Of a stretch of 64,000 nt of DNA, positions 35,200 through 46,393 are shown one piece after another. A program made the position numbers and the translations under genes. This DNA comes from Lachnospiraceae bacterium (GTDB taxonomy: Bacteria > Bacillota > Clostridia > Lachnospirales > Lachnospiraceae): positions 45,152 to 109,151 of the forward strand of contig JAGAMG010000046.1 in the NCBI GenBank assembly GCA_017624835.1, given 5' to 3'. Position 1 is the stretch's first letter. Every line of letters begins with the position of its first letter. The notes under the pieces are model-generated. The model had not been told where the DNA came from and did not search any database. It worked only from the letters and a program-made list of their open reading frames with translations.

Positions 35200-36987
35200 A
35201 TGAAAAGGTTATTAGTCTATTTAAAGGATTACAAAAAAGAGTCCGTATTGGCTCCTCTTTTTAAGCTGTTAGAGGCATGCTTTGAGTTGTTTGTGCCTTT
35301 GGTAGTGGCAAATATTATTGATTATGGTATTAGCAGTGAGGATATGGGCTATATCGGAAAAATGGGGTTGATTCTCATTGTTCTTGCCATTGTGGGACTT
35401 GTCAGTGCTATTACAGCCCAATTTTTTGCAGCTAAGGCTGCGGTGGGATTTTCGGCGCAGTTACGTCAGGCTTTGTTTGACCATATCCAGAGCTTGAATT
35501 TTACCAATATTGATAAGGCAGGAACCTCTACCATGATTACCCGAATGACCAGTGATGTAAATCAGGTACAGTCCGGTGTGAACATGGTATTGCGTTTATT
35601 CTTACGTTCTCCCATTATTGTATTTGGTGCCATGATTATGGCTTTTACCATTGATGTAAAAAGTGCCATGATATTTGTAGTGGCAATTCCCGTGCTTGCA
35701 GTTATTGTGTTTGGAATTATGCTGGTTACCATGCCATTATATAAAAAGGTGCAGGGAGCATTGGATAAGGTGCTAGGGATTACCAGAGAAAATCTTACAG
35801 GTGTTCGTGTGATTCGTGCTTTTCATCAGGAGGAGCAGGAGCTGGAACGGTTTCAGGAATATAACGAGACGCTTACTTCACTGCAAAAATTTGTGGGTAA
35901 AATCAGTGCCTGTATGAATCCTGTTACTTACATTGTGGTAAATGGTGCCATTATTGCGTTGATATATACAGGAGCCGTTCAGGTAAATGTGGGAAATCTT
36001 ACCCAGGGTGAGGTTGTGGCAATTATCAACTATATGTCCCAGATTTTGGTGGAGCTGGTAAAACTGGCAAATCTGATTATTTTGATGACGAAGGCCTTTG
36101 CCTGTGCAGATCGTGTGGCGGCTGTGTTTGAGATTCAGAAGGAAGATGCCATAGCAGTAGAAATGATAAATGTGACAGAGAAAGTGAAGAGTGCGAAATC
36201 AAAGACGGAAGCAAAGTCGGATGAGAAAGATGCCGATACCATCCCTTTTCTTGCTTTCAACCATGTATCTCTTACCTATCGGGGAGCCGGTGCGGAAACC
36301 TTGCATGACATGCATTTTACAGTAAATAAGGGGGATACCGTTGGAATTATCGGAGGTACCGGTTCCGGTAAATCCTCTCTGGTGAATCTGATTCCCGGAT
36401 TTTACCCTGCCACAGAGGGCGAAATCCTTTTGGAAGGCAGAAATATCAAGGAAATGAGCGAGGATGCCCTTAGAAATCGCGTAGGTGTGGTGCCCCAGAA
36501 GGCAGTTTTATTTAAGGGAACCATTCGCAGCAATTTACAGTGGGGCAAGCCCGATGCCACAGATGAGGAAATGTGGCAGGCAATTGATTTAGCTCAGGCT
36601 AGGGAAGTTGTGGAAGGAAAAGATGGGAAATTGGACGCAGCAGTTGCCCAGAACGGTAAGAATTTGTCAGGTGGACAGAAGCAGCGTTTAACCATTGCAA
36701 GAGCCTTGGTGCGTAAGCCGGAAATCCTCATTTTGGATGACAGTGCATCGGCTTTGGATTATGCAACTGATGCGAAGCTTAGGGCTGCACTTCGAACCTT
36801 GGAAAATAAGACCACAACCTTTATTGTGTCCCAGAGAGCTTCCACCATCCTTCATGCAGACAAAATTATTGTATTGGATGATGGAGAAATGGCGGGAGTG
36901 GGAACTCATGAAGAGCTTTTGGCAACTTGTGAAGTATATCAGGAAATTTATTATTCCCAATATCCCAAGACGGAAGGAGGCAGATAG
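35200..36987 (+). CDS. ABC exporter subunit (TMD+NBD, degenerate site)
   Basis: GGTGSGKS, LSGGQKQR, ILILDD (Asp in place of catalytic Glu), Q in place of switch His. Confidence 0.93.
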   Translation: MKRLLVYLKDYKKESVLAPLFKLLEACFELFVPLVVANIIDYGISSEDMGYIGKMGLILIVLAIVGLVSAITAQFFAAKAAVGFSAQLRQALFDHIQSLNFTNIDKAGTSTMITRMTSDVNQVQSGVNMVLRLFLRSPIIVFGAMIMAFTIDVKSAMIFVVAIPVLAVIVFGIMLVTMPLYKKVQGALDKVLGITRENLTGVRVIRAFHQEEQELERFQEYNETLTSLQKFVGKISACMNPVTYIVVNGAIIALIYTGAVQVNVGNLTQGEVVAIINYMSQILVELVKLANLIILMTKAFACADRVAAVFEIQKEDAIAVEMINVTEKVKSAKSKTEAKSDEKDADTIPFLAFNHVSLTYRGAGAETLHDMHFTVNKGDTVGIIGGTGSGKSSLVNLIPGFYPATEGEILLEGRNIKEMSEDALRNRVGVVPQKAVLFKGTIRSNLQWGKPDATDEEMWQAIDLAQAREVVEGKDGKLDAAVAQNGKNLSGGQKQRLTIARALVRKPEILILDDSASALDYATDAKLRAALRTLENKTTTFIVSQRASTILHADKIIVLDDGEMAGVGTHEELLATCEVYQEIYYSQYPKTEGGR

Positions 36988-36988
36988 G

Positions 36989-38725
36989 ATGAAGCAAAAG
37001 GATACCTTGCTTAAGGTTTTGAAATATATTCGAAAATATTGGTTTGCGGTTGTTTTGTCCCTGCTATTGGCAGCAGTAACCGTGGTATTGACTTTGTATA
37101 TTCCCATTCTCACCGGAGATGCAGTGGATTTGATTATTGCAAAGGGCATGGTAGATATGCCGGGGATTTTTGCCATTATGAAGAAGATTGCGCTGGTAAT
37201 GCTGATTACGGCAGCAGCACAATGGATTATGAATACCTGTAATAATTATATAACCTATCATGTGATTAAAGATATCCGTCAGGATGCTTTTCGGAAGCTG
37301 GAAATTTTACCCCTAAAATATCTGGATGCCAATTCCTATGGTGATATTGTAAGCAGGGTGATTGCAGATGTGGATACCTTTGCGGATGGACTTTTAATGG
37401 GATTTACCCAATTGTTTACAGGAGTACTCACTATTTTGGGCACGCTGGGTTTTATGCTGATTACCAATGTACCGATTACCTTGGTGGTGGTATGTATTAC
37501 CCCTGTTTCTTTTTTGGTGGCAAGGTTTATTGCAACCAAAACCCATTCCATGTTTAAGGAGCAGTCAGAAACCAGAGGAGAGCAGACCTCTTTGATTGAA
37601 GAAATGGTAGGAAACCAAAAGATTGTAAAGATTTTTGCCAGAGAAGAGGTCGTAAAGGAGCAGTTTGCAGAGATAAACGGACGATTGCAGAAATGCTCCC
37701 TGAAAGCAATTTTCTTTTCCTCCATTACCAATCCGGCAACCCGTTTTGTAAACAGTCTGGTGTATGCGGGGGTAGGTATTTTTGGTGCTTATGTGGCTAT
37801 CAGAGGTGGCATTAGTGTGGGAAGGCTGTCCTGTTTTTTAAGCTACGCCAACCAATACACTAAGCCCTTTAATGAAATTTCCGGTGTGGTTACGGAGCTG
37901 CAGAATGCTTTTGTATGTGCGGCACGTATTTTTGCGTTAATAGAAGAGGAGCCTCAGGTACCGGACAGTGAAGATGCCAAAGTGTTGGAGAAGGCACAGG
38001 GCAATGTGACCTTGGAAAAGGTTTCCTTTAGCTATGTACCGGAGAAGCCCTTGATTCAAAACCTGAATCTGTCTGTAAAGCCGGGACAGCGTATTGCTAT
38101 TGTGGGTCCTACCGGCTGCGGAAAGACAACCCTAATCAATCTGCTTATGCGTTTTTATGATGTGAATGAGGGTAGTATTGCGGTGGATGGAACGGATATA
38201 AGAGAGATTACCCGTGGAAGCCTCCGTACTGGTTTTGGTATGGTACTACAGGATACCTGGCTGAGAACCGGAACTATCGGAGACAATATTCGCATGGGTA
38301 AGCCGGAGGCCTCTGAGGAAGAGGTGATTACAGCAGCTAAGGCAGCCCATGCCCACAGCTTTATTAAACGTTTACCAAATGGATATGATACAGTAATTAC
38401 CGAGGACGGCGGAAGTTTGTCCCAGGGGCAGAAGCAGCTTTTGTGCATTGCACGAGTGATGCTTTGCCTGCCGCCCATGTTGATTTTGGATGAAGCAACA
38501 TCATCCATAGATACGCGAACGGAAATCAGAATTCAGAAAGCCTTTGCCAAGATGATGGAGGGCAGAACCAGCTTTATAGTAGCGCATCGTCTCTCCACCA
38601 TTCAGGAGGCAGATGTGATTCTGGTAATGAAGGATGGAAATATTATTGAGCAGGGCAATCATGAAACCTTGCTGGCCGCCGGAGGATTTTATGCGAATTT
38701 GTACAATAGTCAATTTGCGGTGTAA
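36989..38725 (+). CDS. ABC exporter subunit (TMD+NBD), heterodimer partner
   Basis: GPTGCGKT, LSQGQKQ, ILDEATSSID, VAHRLST; start ATG 36989 after GGAGG. Confidence 0.93.
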   Translation: MKQKDTLLKVLKYIRKYWFAVVLSLLLAAVTVVLTLYIPILTGDAVDLIIAKGMVDMPGIFAIMKKIALVMLITAAAQWIMNTCNNYITYHVIKDIRQDAFRKLEILPLKYLDANSYGDIVSRVIADVDTFADGLLMGFTQLFTGVLTILGTLGFMLITNVPITLVVVCITPVSFLVARFIATKTHSMFKEQSETRGEQTSLIEEMVGNQKIVKIFAREEVVKEQFAEINGRLQKCSLKAIFFSSITNPATRFVNSLVYAGVGIFGAYVAIRGGISVGRLSCFLSYANQYTKPFNEISGVVTELQNAFVCAARIFALIEEEPQVPDSEDAKVLEKAQGNVTLEKVSFSYVPEKPLIQNLNLSVKPGQRIAIVGPTGCGKTTLINLLMRFYDVNEGSIAVDGTDIREITRGSLRTGFGMVLQDTWLRTGTIGDNIRMGKPEASEEEVITAAKAAHAHSFIKRLPNGYDTVITEDGGSLSQGQKQLLCIARVMLCLPPMLILDEATSSIDTRTEIRIQKAFAKMMEGRTSFIVAHRLSTIQEADVILVMKDGNIIEQGNHETLLAAGGFYANLYNSQFAV

Positions 38726-39824
38726 AAAAAGAAAATATAGGATATTAGGAATAGGAACAGCTTTGCTCTGTTCCTATTTGCTAATGGGGTGCGGAAAGCA
38801 ACAGACAGAGGAAGAAAATCTGGTGTTAATTGAACGGACTCCGGAGTCCATAGAGTATACTTTAGGGGTTGCTACTGTGGGAGATGTGGTAAAGATAAAA
38901 AAGCTTCGTTGCGATTATGAAGAATTAAATGGTATGGATTTGTCTTTTCCTGTCAGTGGAAAGACAGTGGAAAAGATTCATGTAAAGGTAGGAGAAAAGG
39001 TTACGAAAGGACAGCTTCTGGCAGAACTTTCCATAGGAAATGTGGAGGAAAAAGTCAGAGATTTGGAATATAAAATTGCCAGAAACAGCCTTCTTCTTGA
39101 ATACGTGGATGTGAATGAAAATTATGAGATATCCTCCATGTGGCATAAGTATATTTATGAATCCTCTCATTCCGATGATAAGGCAAATGCAGTGGCTGAT
39201 TCTGTAGAAAGGCTACAGCAGAAGAATGAATATACCAGAGAGGATTATCGGGATGCCATTGAGATGGACACCTTGGAATTAGCGGATATCCAGGCTGAAA
39301 TTGCACAATGCTATCTCTATGCAGGAATGGACGGAACGGTTTCTTATTTGAAGTCAGGATTGGAAGGTACAGTTTCAAAAGAGGGGGATAAAATTATCAG
39401 TATTATTGATGGTACGGAGGGACTTTTTGTGGTAAAAGATGTGGAATATGCCCCTTATTTTAAGGAGGGGGAGGAACTGGAGATGACGATAATTTCCGGT
39501 GTGGCAGCCGGAAATTATAAGCTAATACCATATGAGATGGAGAAATGGGGAGAAAAGCTGACCTTTACTTTGACGGAGGATTATGAAAACGCAGAGATTC
39601 AGGTGGGGGATATGGGAACTATGAAGGTGATTACCGGAAAGAAGGAACAGGTGTTAAATGTTCCCTTGAGAGCCATACACACTGCAGAGGATAAAAAATA
39701 TGTATATGTGGTAGGTCAGGAGAATGTCAGGGAAGTAAAGTGGATTGAAACAGGACTTTACGGGGATGATTGTGTGGAAGTGATATCCGGTCTGACAGAG
39801 GGAGAGAAGGTTATACTAAAATGA
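38691..39824 (+). CDS. Membrane-fusion/RND adaptor-like lipoprotein
   Basis: Lipobox LMGC; lipoyl-like VKVGEKVTKGQLLAEL; coiled coil; C-terminal VEVISGLTEGEKV; ATG 38691 after GGAGG. Confidence 0.85.
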   Translation: MRICTIVNLRCKKRKYRILGIGTALLCSYLLMGCGKQQTEEENLVLIERTPESIEYTLGVATVGDVVKIKKLRCDYEELNGMDLSFPVSGKTVEKIHVKVGEKVTKGQLLAELSIGNVEEKVRDLEYKIARNSLLLEYVDVNENYEISSMWHKYIYESSHSDDKANAVADSVERLQQKNEYTREDYRDAIEMDTLELADIQAEIAQCYLYAGMDGTVSYLKSGLEGTVSKEGDKIISIIDGTEGLFVVKDVEYAPYFKEGEELEMTIISGVAAGNYKLIPYEMEKWGEKLTFTLTEDYENAEIQVGDMGTMKVITGKKEQVLNVPLRAIHTAEDKKYVYVVGQENVREVKWIETGLYGDDCVEVISGLTEGEKVILK

Positions 39825-41959
39825 GAAAGAGAGCTTATAATGCCATTGCTTTTTGGGGAATATTGGCTGTACTTGCCGGATGCGGAAGTGAGAAGGTTTC
39901 GGTTTCGGAGGAAATTGTGCTGGTGGAGCCGGTTAGCGGAAGTGTGGAATCCCAGCCGGTGCTTTACCGAAATCTTTATGATGGGGAAGTTTATTCTGCA
40001 TCGGTGCTCCCCGATATTCGAGAATATGCATTTGAGGAAAGTGCAGAGGTGGAACGCTTTGTAGCTTTTCCGGGAACTCAGGTGGAAGCGGGGGAAACGC
40101 TGGTGTATTCCGATACGGAAAGTCTGGAAGAGGAGATTCAGGATTTGGAAGAGCAGATTGCAGAAATGGAAAAAGAATTTCAGGAATATAAACAGGATGC
40201 GGAAACATTGCTTTGGGAGTATCAGCATGATACGGAAAATTATGAGGAAATGGTTGATGGGCTTAAGGAGGATGAGCCGGAAGAATACTTGGTAGGAGTC
40301 GATGGCGAGAAGACTGAAAATCCTGATTATGATGCATGGGAAAAGGAGTATACACAGCTTAGCGGAAAGTATCATAAGGAGGAGTTGAATGCTTTCATGC
40401 AGGAAGCCGAGCTACAGCAGAAAACAGAGCTTTACCAATTGGATCATGCCTATTATCTGGAAAAGCTGGAAGCCTTGAAGAAGAATAGGGAAAATCGGAT
40501 TTTGAAGACCGGAGCCAAGGGGCAGGTGGTTGCCATTGCACAGACGGAATATGAGACGGTAAAGGCGGCTGCAAATGAAGCTGTGGTGGCAGTGGGAGAT
40601 TTTTCACGGAAGCTGCTTATTTGTGATTATCTGAAGAAGTCCCGGATTACAAAGGCAGAGGAAATATATGCTTTGATTGCCGGGAAGAAGTATGAATTGG
40701 AATATCTTCCCATGGAATCGGAAGAATATATTCGACTGACGGAAAGTGGTGAGGATGTATACACCACCTTTGAAATCAAGAATCCGTCAGATGAGATTAC
40801 AGTGGGGGACTATGCAGTAATTGTGGTAATGAATAAGCGCTGCGAGCAGGTTCTGACAGTGCTAAAGGATGCCATTGACAGAGATGGCGCTACACACTAT
40901 GTATATGTGGTAGAAAATGGTGAAGGTGTGAGAAGAAATGTAAAAGTGGGCTACAGTGATGGATTGTATACGGAAATTGTGTCCGGTTTGTCAGAGGGTG
41001 AGCAGGTAATGGTTGCTCAATCCATGAGTTATGGTAATCAGGAAACAGTTTTAGAGAAGGGAACCTATAGTAATCTCTATATGCAAAGTGGGTATATGTA
41101 TTATCCTGCCATTACAGAAATAAAAAATCCGATTGTTTATGGAACTGCTTATTATGAAAAAAATCAGGTACAGCTTTATCAGCATGTGGAAAAGGGCGAT
41201 GTAATTGCAACCATACGGGTGGAAGCAGATACTGTTACCATACAGCGAAATCAACGTAAACTTCAAAGATTAAGGGAACGCTTGCAGGATTTACTGGATG
41301 AAGGGATATCGGAAAAGAATGAGGATGCCATTTTAGAAAAGCAGGAAGCCATTGCAGAGTTAGAAACGATAATTGCAGATAGGCAGAAAGATGCAAACAC
41401 CACAGAGATTATTGCGCCTAAGAGTGGCATTGTGGTAAAGCTTGAGGACTTTATGCCGGATGAGGTGTTAAAAGCGGATGCTACTATTGTACAGATAGCG
41501 GATGAAGAAACCTGTTATGTAATGGTGGAGAATGAAAATGGGCTGTTGCAGTATGGAAACGAAGTAACGGTATCCTATACGGATGAAGAAAAAAAGGAAT
41601 GTAAGGTAACAGGAAGAGTTGCCAATATTGCCGGGATAGGTATCTCTAAGGCATTGCAGACGGAATCAGCATTTATTTTATTGCCGGCCCAGTCTATCAG
41701 CGCAATGGCAGGAATGCAGGGAACAGAGGATACGGTAAGGCGCATCAGCTATCGTGTTACCGCCGAAGCCAGAGAAATGCAGAATGTGGTATTGATACCA
41801 AGAGAGGCGGTAACAGAATTGGCAGGTCGTACCTATGTACATATTATAGAGGCAGATGGAAGTATAAAGGCGCAGAGCTTTCTTCCCGGAGGACGGGATG
41901 GTTCCTATTATTGGGCAATTGAGGGAGTTACGGAAGGAATGAAGGTATGCTTGGAATAA
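39821..41959 (+). CDS. Double-length membrane-fusion/RND adaptor-like lipoprotein
   Basis: Lipobox LAGC; two adaptor modules ending EIVSGLSEGEQV and IEGVTEGMKV. Confidence 0.83.
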   Translation: MRKRAYNAIAFWGILAVLAGCGSEKVSVSEEIVLVEPVSGSVESQPVLYRNLYDGEVYSASVLPDIREYAFEESAEVERFVAFPGTQVEAGETLVYSDTESLEEEIQDLEEQIAEMEKEFQEYKQDAETLLWEYQHDTENYEEMVDGLKEDEPEEYLVGVDGEKTENPDYDAWEKEYTQLSGKYHKEELNAFMQEAELQQKTELYQLDHAYYLEKLEALKKNRENRILKTGAKGQVVAIAQTEYETVKAAANEAVVAVGDFSRKLLICDYLKKSRITKAEEIYALIAGKKYELEYLPMESEEYIRLTESGEDVYTTFEIKNPSDEITVGDYAVIVVMNKRCEQVLTVLKDAIDRDGATHYVYVVENGEGVRRNVKVGYSDGLYTEIVSGLSEGEQVMVAQSMSYGNQETVLEKGTYSNLYMQSGYMYYPAITEIKNPIVYGTAYYEKNQVQLYQHVEKGDVIATIRVEADTVTIQRNQRKLQRLRERLQDLLDEGISEKNEDAILEKQEAIAELETIIADRQKDANTTEIIAPKSGIVVKLEDFMPDEVLKADATIVQIADEETCYVMVENENGLLQYGNEVTVSYTDEEKKECKVTGRVANIAGIGISKALQTESAFILLPAQSISAMAGMQGTEDTVRRISYRVTAEAREMQNVVLIPREAVTELAGRTYVHIIEADGSIKAQSFLPGGRDGSYYWAIEGVTEGMKVCLE

Positions 41960-44754
41960 TGTTGCAAAAAATGTGGCATAAAAAATGGATGGTTTTATGC
42001 CTGTTGATAGGAAATGTGCTATTGATTGCCACAGTGGTAAGCTTTCCTCTGTATCGTACCGCTGCCTTTGACAGAATGCTGCGGGATGAATTTGAGCAGG
42101 AACTGACCGAAAACGGGAAATGGCCTGCCATGCTGGAAATGGCAATTACTGCCCAAAAGGATGGGACAGGGCAAACTATTACAGGTATGGAGAGCTTTGT
42201 AGGGCAGCTATGTGATACCCTTGGGGTAACAAAACGAAATATGATTATGAACGCCGGTACGCTCCGCTTAAAGGTTAATTCCCTGATGCAGCGTGAGGAT
42301 CTGGAGAATGCATTTTTACGCTTACTTATGATGACGGATTTTCAAGCCCATTCCACCATATTGGCCGGAGAAATGTATTCCGAAGACGGGAGGACTGAGG
42401 ATGGTGCCATTGAGGTGGTTATCAGTCAGGAATGTATGATAGCATCAAAGCTTTTGGTGGGAGAGACTTTGGAATTTGAAAAATTGAAGGATGTGGATGG
42501 GGAACCACTTCGTATAAAAATAATGGGTGTGTATGGAAGCGATACCTCGGATTCCTTCTATTGGCAGATTACTCCTAAGGAAATGAGTAATGGCTGTGTG
42601 ATGAATGAGCAGCTTTTCAGGGAAATTTTCTTAGGAGAGAATGCACAGAAATATACTCTTTTAGGAAATTATTATTTGCTCTTTGAGTATGAAGATTTAA
42701 GAGAGCTAAATGCGAAAAAGCTGTATCAGGAATCCGTAAGGCTTACAGAGGATAATGAATATAAAAAGATTGTAAGGGAGCCCTCTTATCTGAGACTTTT
42801 GGAGGAATATGAGAAGAAAAAAACCAGAATAGAAGCAACCCTTTTTATTTTACAGGTACCTGTTTTGATACTTTTGGGAGCTTTTTTGTTTATGATTTCC
42901 GGGCAGATGTATGATATGGAGCGGAATGAAATCTCTGTATTGAAAAGTCGGGGGAGCTCCGGGGGACAGATTTTCCGGCTATATTTTTACCAAAGTATTT
43001 TTCTGGCGCTTCTGGGTACCCTGTTGGGGATTCCTTTGGGAACTCTCTTTTGCAGAATTCTGGGTTCTGCCCAAAATTTCTTGGAATTTGATATCAGAAG
43101 AGAGCTGGATATTACATATGGAAGCGAAATGGCAATCTATACCGGGGGAGCAATTCTTTGTTGTATTTTGATTATGACCATACCTGCTATTAAACACAGC
43201 AAGGTGTCCATTGTTCATTTAAAACAGCAAAAAGCTGTGGAGAAAAAATCCCTGTGGCAGAAAGTTTTTTTGGATGTGATATGTCTTGGGGTAGGGATTT
43301 ATGGTTATTACAGCTTTTCGGTTAATGAAAGTATATTGATTCAAAACGTGATGGCAGGAAAGCCGTTGGATCCTTTGCTGTATCTAAGCTCTTCTGTTTT
43401 TATTGTAGGTGCGGGGCTATTGTTTTTAAGATTACATCCCCTGCTGATAAAGCTGATATATATGGTGGGGAAGCGGTTCTGGGGACCTGCAAGCTATGCC
43501 TCCTTTCAGGAAAATATAAAGAACGGAAGGAAGCAGCAGTTTATTATGCTGTTTTTGATTTTAACCATTTCCCTTGGAATGTATCATGCAACCGTTGCCC
43601 GTACCATTCTACAGAATGCCCTGGATAATGAAGCGTATCTGGATGGGGCTGATGTGGTAATTGAAGAGATATGGGAGGAAAATACCCTTTATCTGGAGGA
43701 GGATGACCCGCTGGCGGTACAATATTATGAGCCGGATTATTTTAAATATGGATTGCTTAAGGGTGTGGAGTCCTATACCAAGGTGCTTTATGATGATGCA
43801 GGATATGTTACCCAGAGTAAAAAGGGACGTATAGCTACCACTGTAATGGGCATTCATACCAAAGAATTTGGGGAAACCACAGAAATGCCCCGGGAGCTTT
43901 TGGAAAAGCATTATTATGAATATCTCAATGAATTGGCAGTAGAACCGGAAGGGGTATTGGTATCCCGAAATTTTCAGACAGTACAGGACTATAAGGTTGG
44001 GGACAAGCTGACCTTTTATGATAGTCTGGGTAGAAGCTATGTTGTAAAGATTGTTGATTTTGTGGATTATTGGCCGGGATATGCGCCGGAAACCTTAAAG
44101 CTCAATAGTGATGGAACCGTGGAAACCCGTGCCGGATATCTGGTGGTAGCAAATTATGCCTTTATGAAGGAAAAATGGGGAAGCTTGCCCTATGAGGTGT
44201 GGATTGCCATGGATGAGACCTATCATGAGGAGATTTATCAATGGGTACAGGACAATGATGTGCATTTGAGAAAATATGTTAATCGGTTGGATAATATGGA
44301 AAAGGTAATGGAAGATCCCCTGCTTCAGGGAACCAATGGTGTGCTTACCATGGGATTTATTGTAACCATGATACTCTGTGCTGTGGGGTACATGATTTAT
44401 TGGATTATGTCCATTCGTTCCAGAGAAATGCTTTTTGGTGTATTGCGTGCCTGTGGTATGCATAAGGGAGAGCTGTTTCATATGCTTATGAACGAGCAGA
44501 TTTTTTCGGGAGTTTTTTCCGTGTTGGCAGGAATCGGAATCGGTAAAATTGCTTCACGGATGTATGTACCCATGCTCCAAACTGCTTATGCAGCCTCCAA
44601 TCAGGTGCTTCCCATGCAGTTAATTACTAACCAGACAGATATGCTTCGATTATATAGTGTAATTATCGTGACTATGGCAATTTGCCTGTTGGTGCTGATT
44701 GGACTGGTCTTTAAATTGAATGTGGCGAAGGCATTGAAATTAGGTGAAGAATAA
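41947..44754 (+). CDS. FtsX/MacB-like ABC permease
   Basis: Duplicated architecture with ERNEISVLKSRG and REMLFGVLRACG motifs and large extracellular loops. Confidence 0.88.
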   Translation: MLGIMLQKMWHKKWMVLCLLIGNVLLIATVVSFPLYRTAAFDRMLRDEFEQELTENGKWPAMLEMAITAQKDGTGQTITGMESFVGQLCDTLGVTKRNMIMNAGTLRLKVNSLMQREDLENAFLRLLMMTDFQAHSTILAGEMYSEDGRTEDGAIEVVISQECMIASKLLVGETLEFEKLKDVDGEPLRIKIMGVYGSDTSDSFYWQITPKEMSNGCVMNEQLFREIFLGENAQKYTLLGNYYLLFEYEDLRELNAKKLYQESVRLTEDNEYKKIVREPSYLRLLEEYEKKKTRIEATLFILQVPVLILLGAFLFMISGQMYDMERNEISVLKSRGSSGGQIFRLYFYQSIFLALLGTLLGIPLGTLFCRILGSAQNFLEFDIRRELDITYGSEMAIYTGGAILCCILIMTIPAIKHSKVSIVHLKQQKAVEKKSLWQKVFLDVICLGVGIYGYYSFSVNESILIQNVMAGKPLDPLLYLSSSVFIVGAGLLFLRLHPLLIKLIYMVGKRFWGPASYASFQENIKNGRKQQFIMLFLILTISLGMYHATVARTILQNALDNEAYLDGADVVIEEIWEENTLYLEEDDPLAVQYYEPDYFKYGLLKGVESYTKVLYDDAGYVTQSKKGRIATTVMGIHTKEFGETTEMPRELLEKHYYEYLNELAVEPEGVLVSRNFQTVQDYKVGDKLTFYDSLGRSYVVKIVDFVDYWPGYAPETLKLNSDGTVETRAGYLVVANYAFMKEKWGSLPYEVWIAMDETYHEEIYQWVQDNDVHLRKYVNRLDNMEKVMEDPLLQGTNGVLTMGFIVTMILCAVGYMIYWIMSIRSREMLFGVLRACGMHKGELFHMLMNEQIFSGVFSVLAGIGIGKIASRMYVPMLQTAYAASNQVLPMQLITNQTDMLRLYSVIIVTMAICLLVLIGLVFKLNVAKALKLGEE

Positions 44755-45458
44755 TGGAAATGAAAAAAGAAGATGCAATTGTAATAAGTCATGTGAACAG
44801 AATTTTTTCCATACCCGGTGGGGAATTTCAGGCGTTGAAGGATATTAATGCAAGGATTCCCACTGGGGCTTTGACAATTTTGAAGGGGAGGTCGGGCTCC
44901 GGAAAAACAACCCTGTTGAATATTATTGGTGCTTTGGATAAGCCTACCTCAGGTAAGGTGCTTCTGGATGGGGTGGATATCTGTACCCTTTCCGAAAAAG
45001 AGAGGGAAAGACTTAGAAGAACTAAGGTGGGATTTGTTTTTCAGTCCGTATCTCTGATTCCCACCATGAATGCTTTTCAAAATGTAGAATTTTCGCTTCG
45101 GCTTGCGGGAATCAGGGAAAATCGACAGAAGCGTGTGGAGGAATGTCTGAAAATGGTGGGGCTGGGAAAAAGGATGCAGCATATGCCGGCAGAGCTCTCC
45201 GGTGGAGAGCAGCAGCGTGTTGCCATTGCAAGGGCACTTGCTCATCGCCCCAGGATTTTGCTGGCGGATGAACCTACTGCAGAGTTGGACAGTGCCATGG
45301 CAGCAGAAGTAACCAGATTATTTCAAGAGATGGCGGCGAAGCAACAGGTTACCATTCTCATGACTACCCATGACATGGGATTAATGGATGCGGGAAGTAT
45401 GGTGCTGGAATTGGAAAATGGTCAGCAGGTAGAAAATGTAGGTGAACAGTCTACTTAA
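44754..45458 (+). CDS. ABC ATPase (LolD/MacB type)
   Basis: [22 protein letters not shown]. Confidence 0.93.
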   Translation: MEMKKEDAIVISHVNRIFSIPGGEFQALKDINARIPTGALTILKGRSGSGKTTLLNIIGALDKPTSGKVLLDGVDICTLSEKERERLRRTKVGFVFQSVSLIPTMNAFQNVEFSLRLAGIRENRQKRVEECLKMVGLGKRMQHMPAELSGGEQQRVAIARALAHRPRILLADEPTAELDSAMAAEVTRLFQEMAAKQQVTILMTTHDMGLMDAGSMVLELENGQQVENVGEQST

Positions 45459-45475
45459 GTTAAAAGAGGTGTAAT

Positions 45476-46387
45476 ATGCCGGATACAATGATACAGGCGG
45501 AAGGTCTGGTAAAAATTTACAAAACAAAGGAGACGGAGGTATTGGCATTGCAGGGGCTGGATCTTACCGTAGAGGAGGGGGAACTAACCGCTCTTATCGG
45601 TAACAGCGGCAGTGGTAAATCCACCTTCTTAAATATGATTGGTGGTTTGGATCGTCCCAGCGCAGGCTCCTTATTGGTGGCAGGGAAAAATCTCTTTACC
45701 ATGACGGAAAAGGAACTGGTGGTTTATAAGCGGGACACGGTGGGCTTTGTATGGCAGAATAATGCCAGAAATCTATTGCCTTATTTATCGGCGGTGGAAA
45801 ATATTATGCTTCCCATGCATCTGTCGGAGGGGAAACAAAAAAAGGAGAGGGCATTGATGCTTCTTGATATGGTAGGAATGTCTGCCAAAAAAAACAGTCG
45901 TTTAAATACCTTATCCGGTGGGGAACAGCAACGAATTGCCATTGCTATTGCGTTGGCAAATTCTCCAAGGCTTTTATTGGCAGATGAACCTACAGGAAGT
46001 GTGGATCCTAAAACAGCCAATTATATCTTTGATGTATTTATGGAGCTGAATCGTCAGGGACAGACTATTTTGATTGTAACCCATGATGTGGCGCTGTCAA
46101 AAAAGGTAAAGCGTGTGGTGGCAATCAGGGATGGTAAAATCAGCAGTGAGAGAATTTTAAAAGAAAAATACGCAGATCGCTTAAAGGAGGCTGTTATTGA
46201 TTGGCGGACGGAGGAGACTCAGGAGGAATATGCCATTGTGGACAAGGCTGGTCGTGTGCAGATTCCCAGAGAGATTTTAAATGCCATGGAGCTTACGGAC
46301 AATAAGGTACGTCTGGAATATCAGGATGGTAAAGTAATAATCAGCAGGCCTGTTGAAGACCTGCTGACAAGAGATGAAGCTGAATAA
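45476..46387 (+). CDS. ABC ATPase (LolD/MacB type) with AbrB-like C-terminal extension
   Basis: [22 protein letters not shown]; tail [15 protein letters not shown]. Confidence 0.9.
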   Translation: MPDTMIQAEGLVKIYKTKETEVLALQGLDLTVEEGELTALIGNSGSGKSTFLNMIGGLDRPSAGSLLVAGKNLFTMTEKELVVYKRDTVGFVWQNNARNLLPYLSAVENIMLPMHLSEGKQKKERALMLLDMVGMSAKKNSRLNTLSGGEQQRIAIAIALANSPRLLLADEPTGSVDPKTANYIFDVFMELNRQGQTILIVTHDVALSKKVKRVVAIRDGKISSERILKEKYADRLKEAVIDWRTEETQEEYAIVDKAGRVQIPREILNAMELTDNKVRLEYQDGKVIISRPVEDLLTRDEAE

Positions 46388-46393
46388 TTATGA

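Noticed and set aside
36695-36988. N-terminal extension of the second ABC subunit (and similar extensions at 2945, 5178, 24702, 39770, 47492, 48578, 51958, 52760)
   Set aside because: Longest-ORF artefacts; downstream starts have an RBS and match family N-termini.
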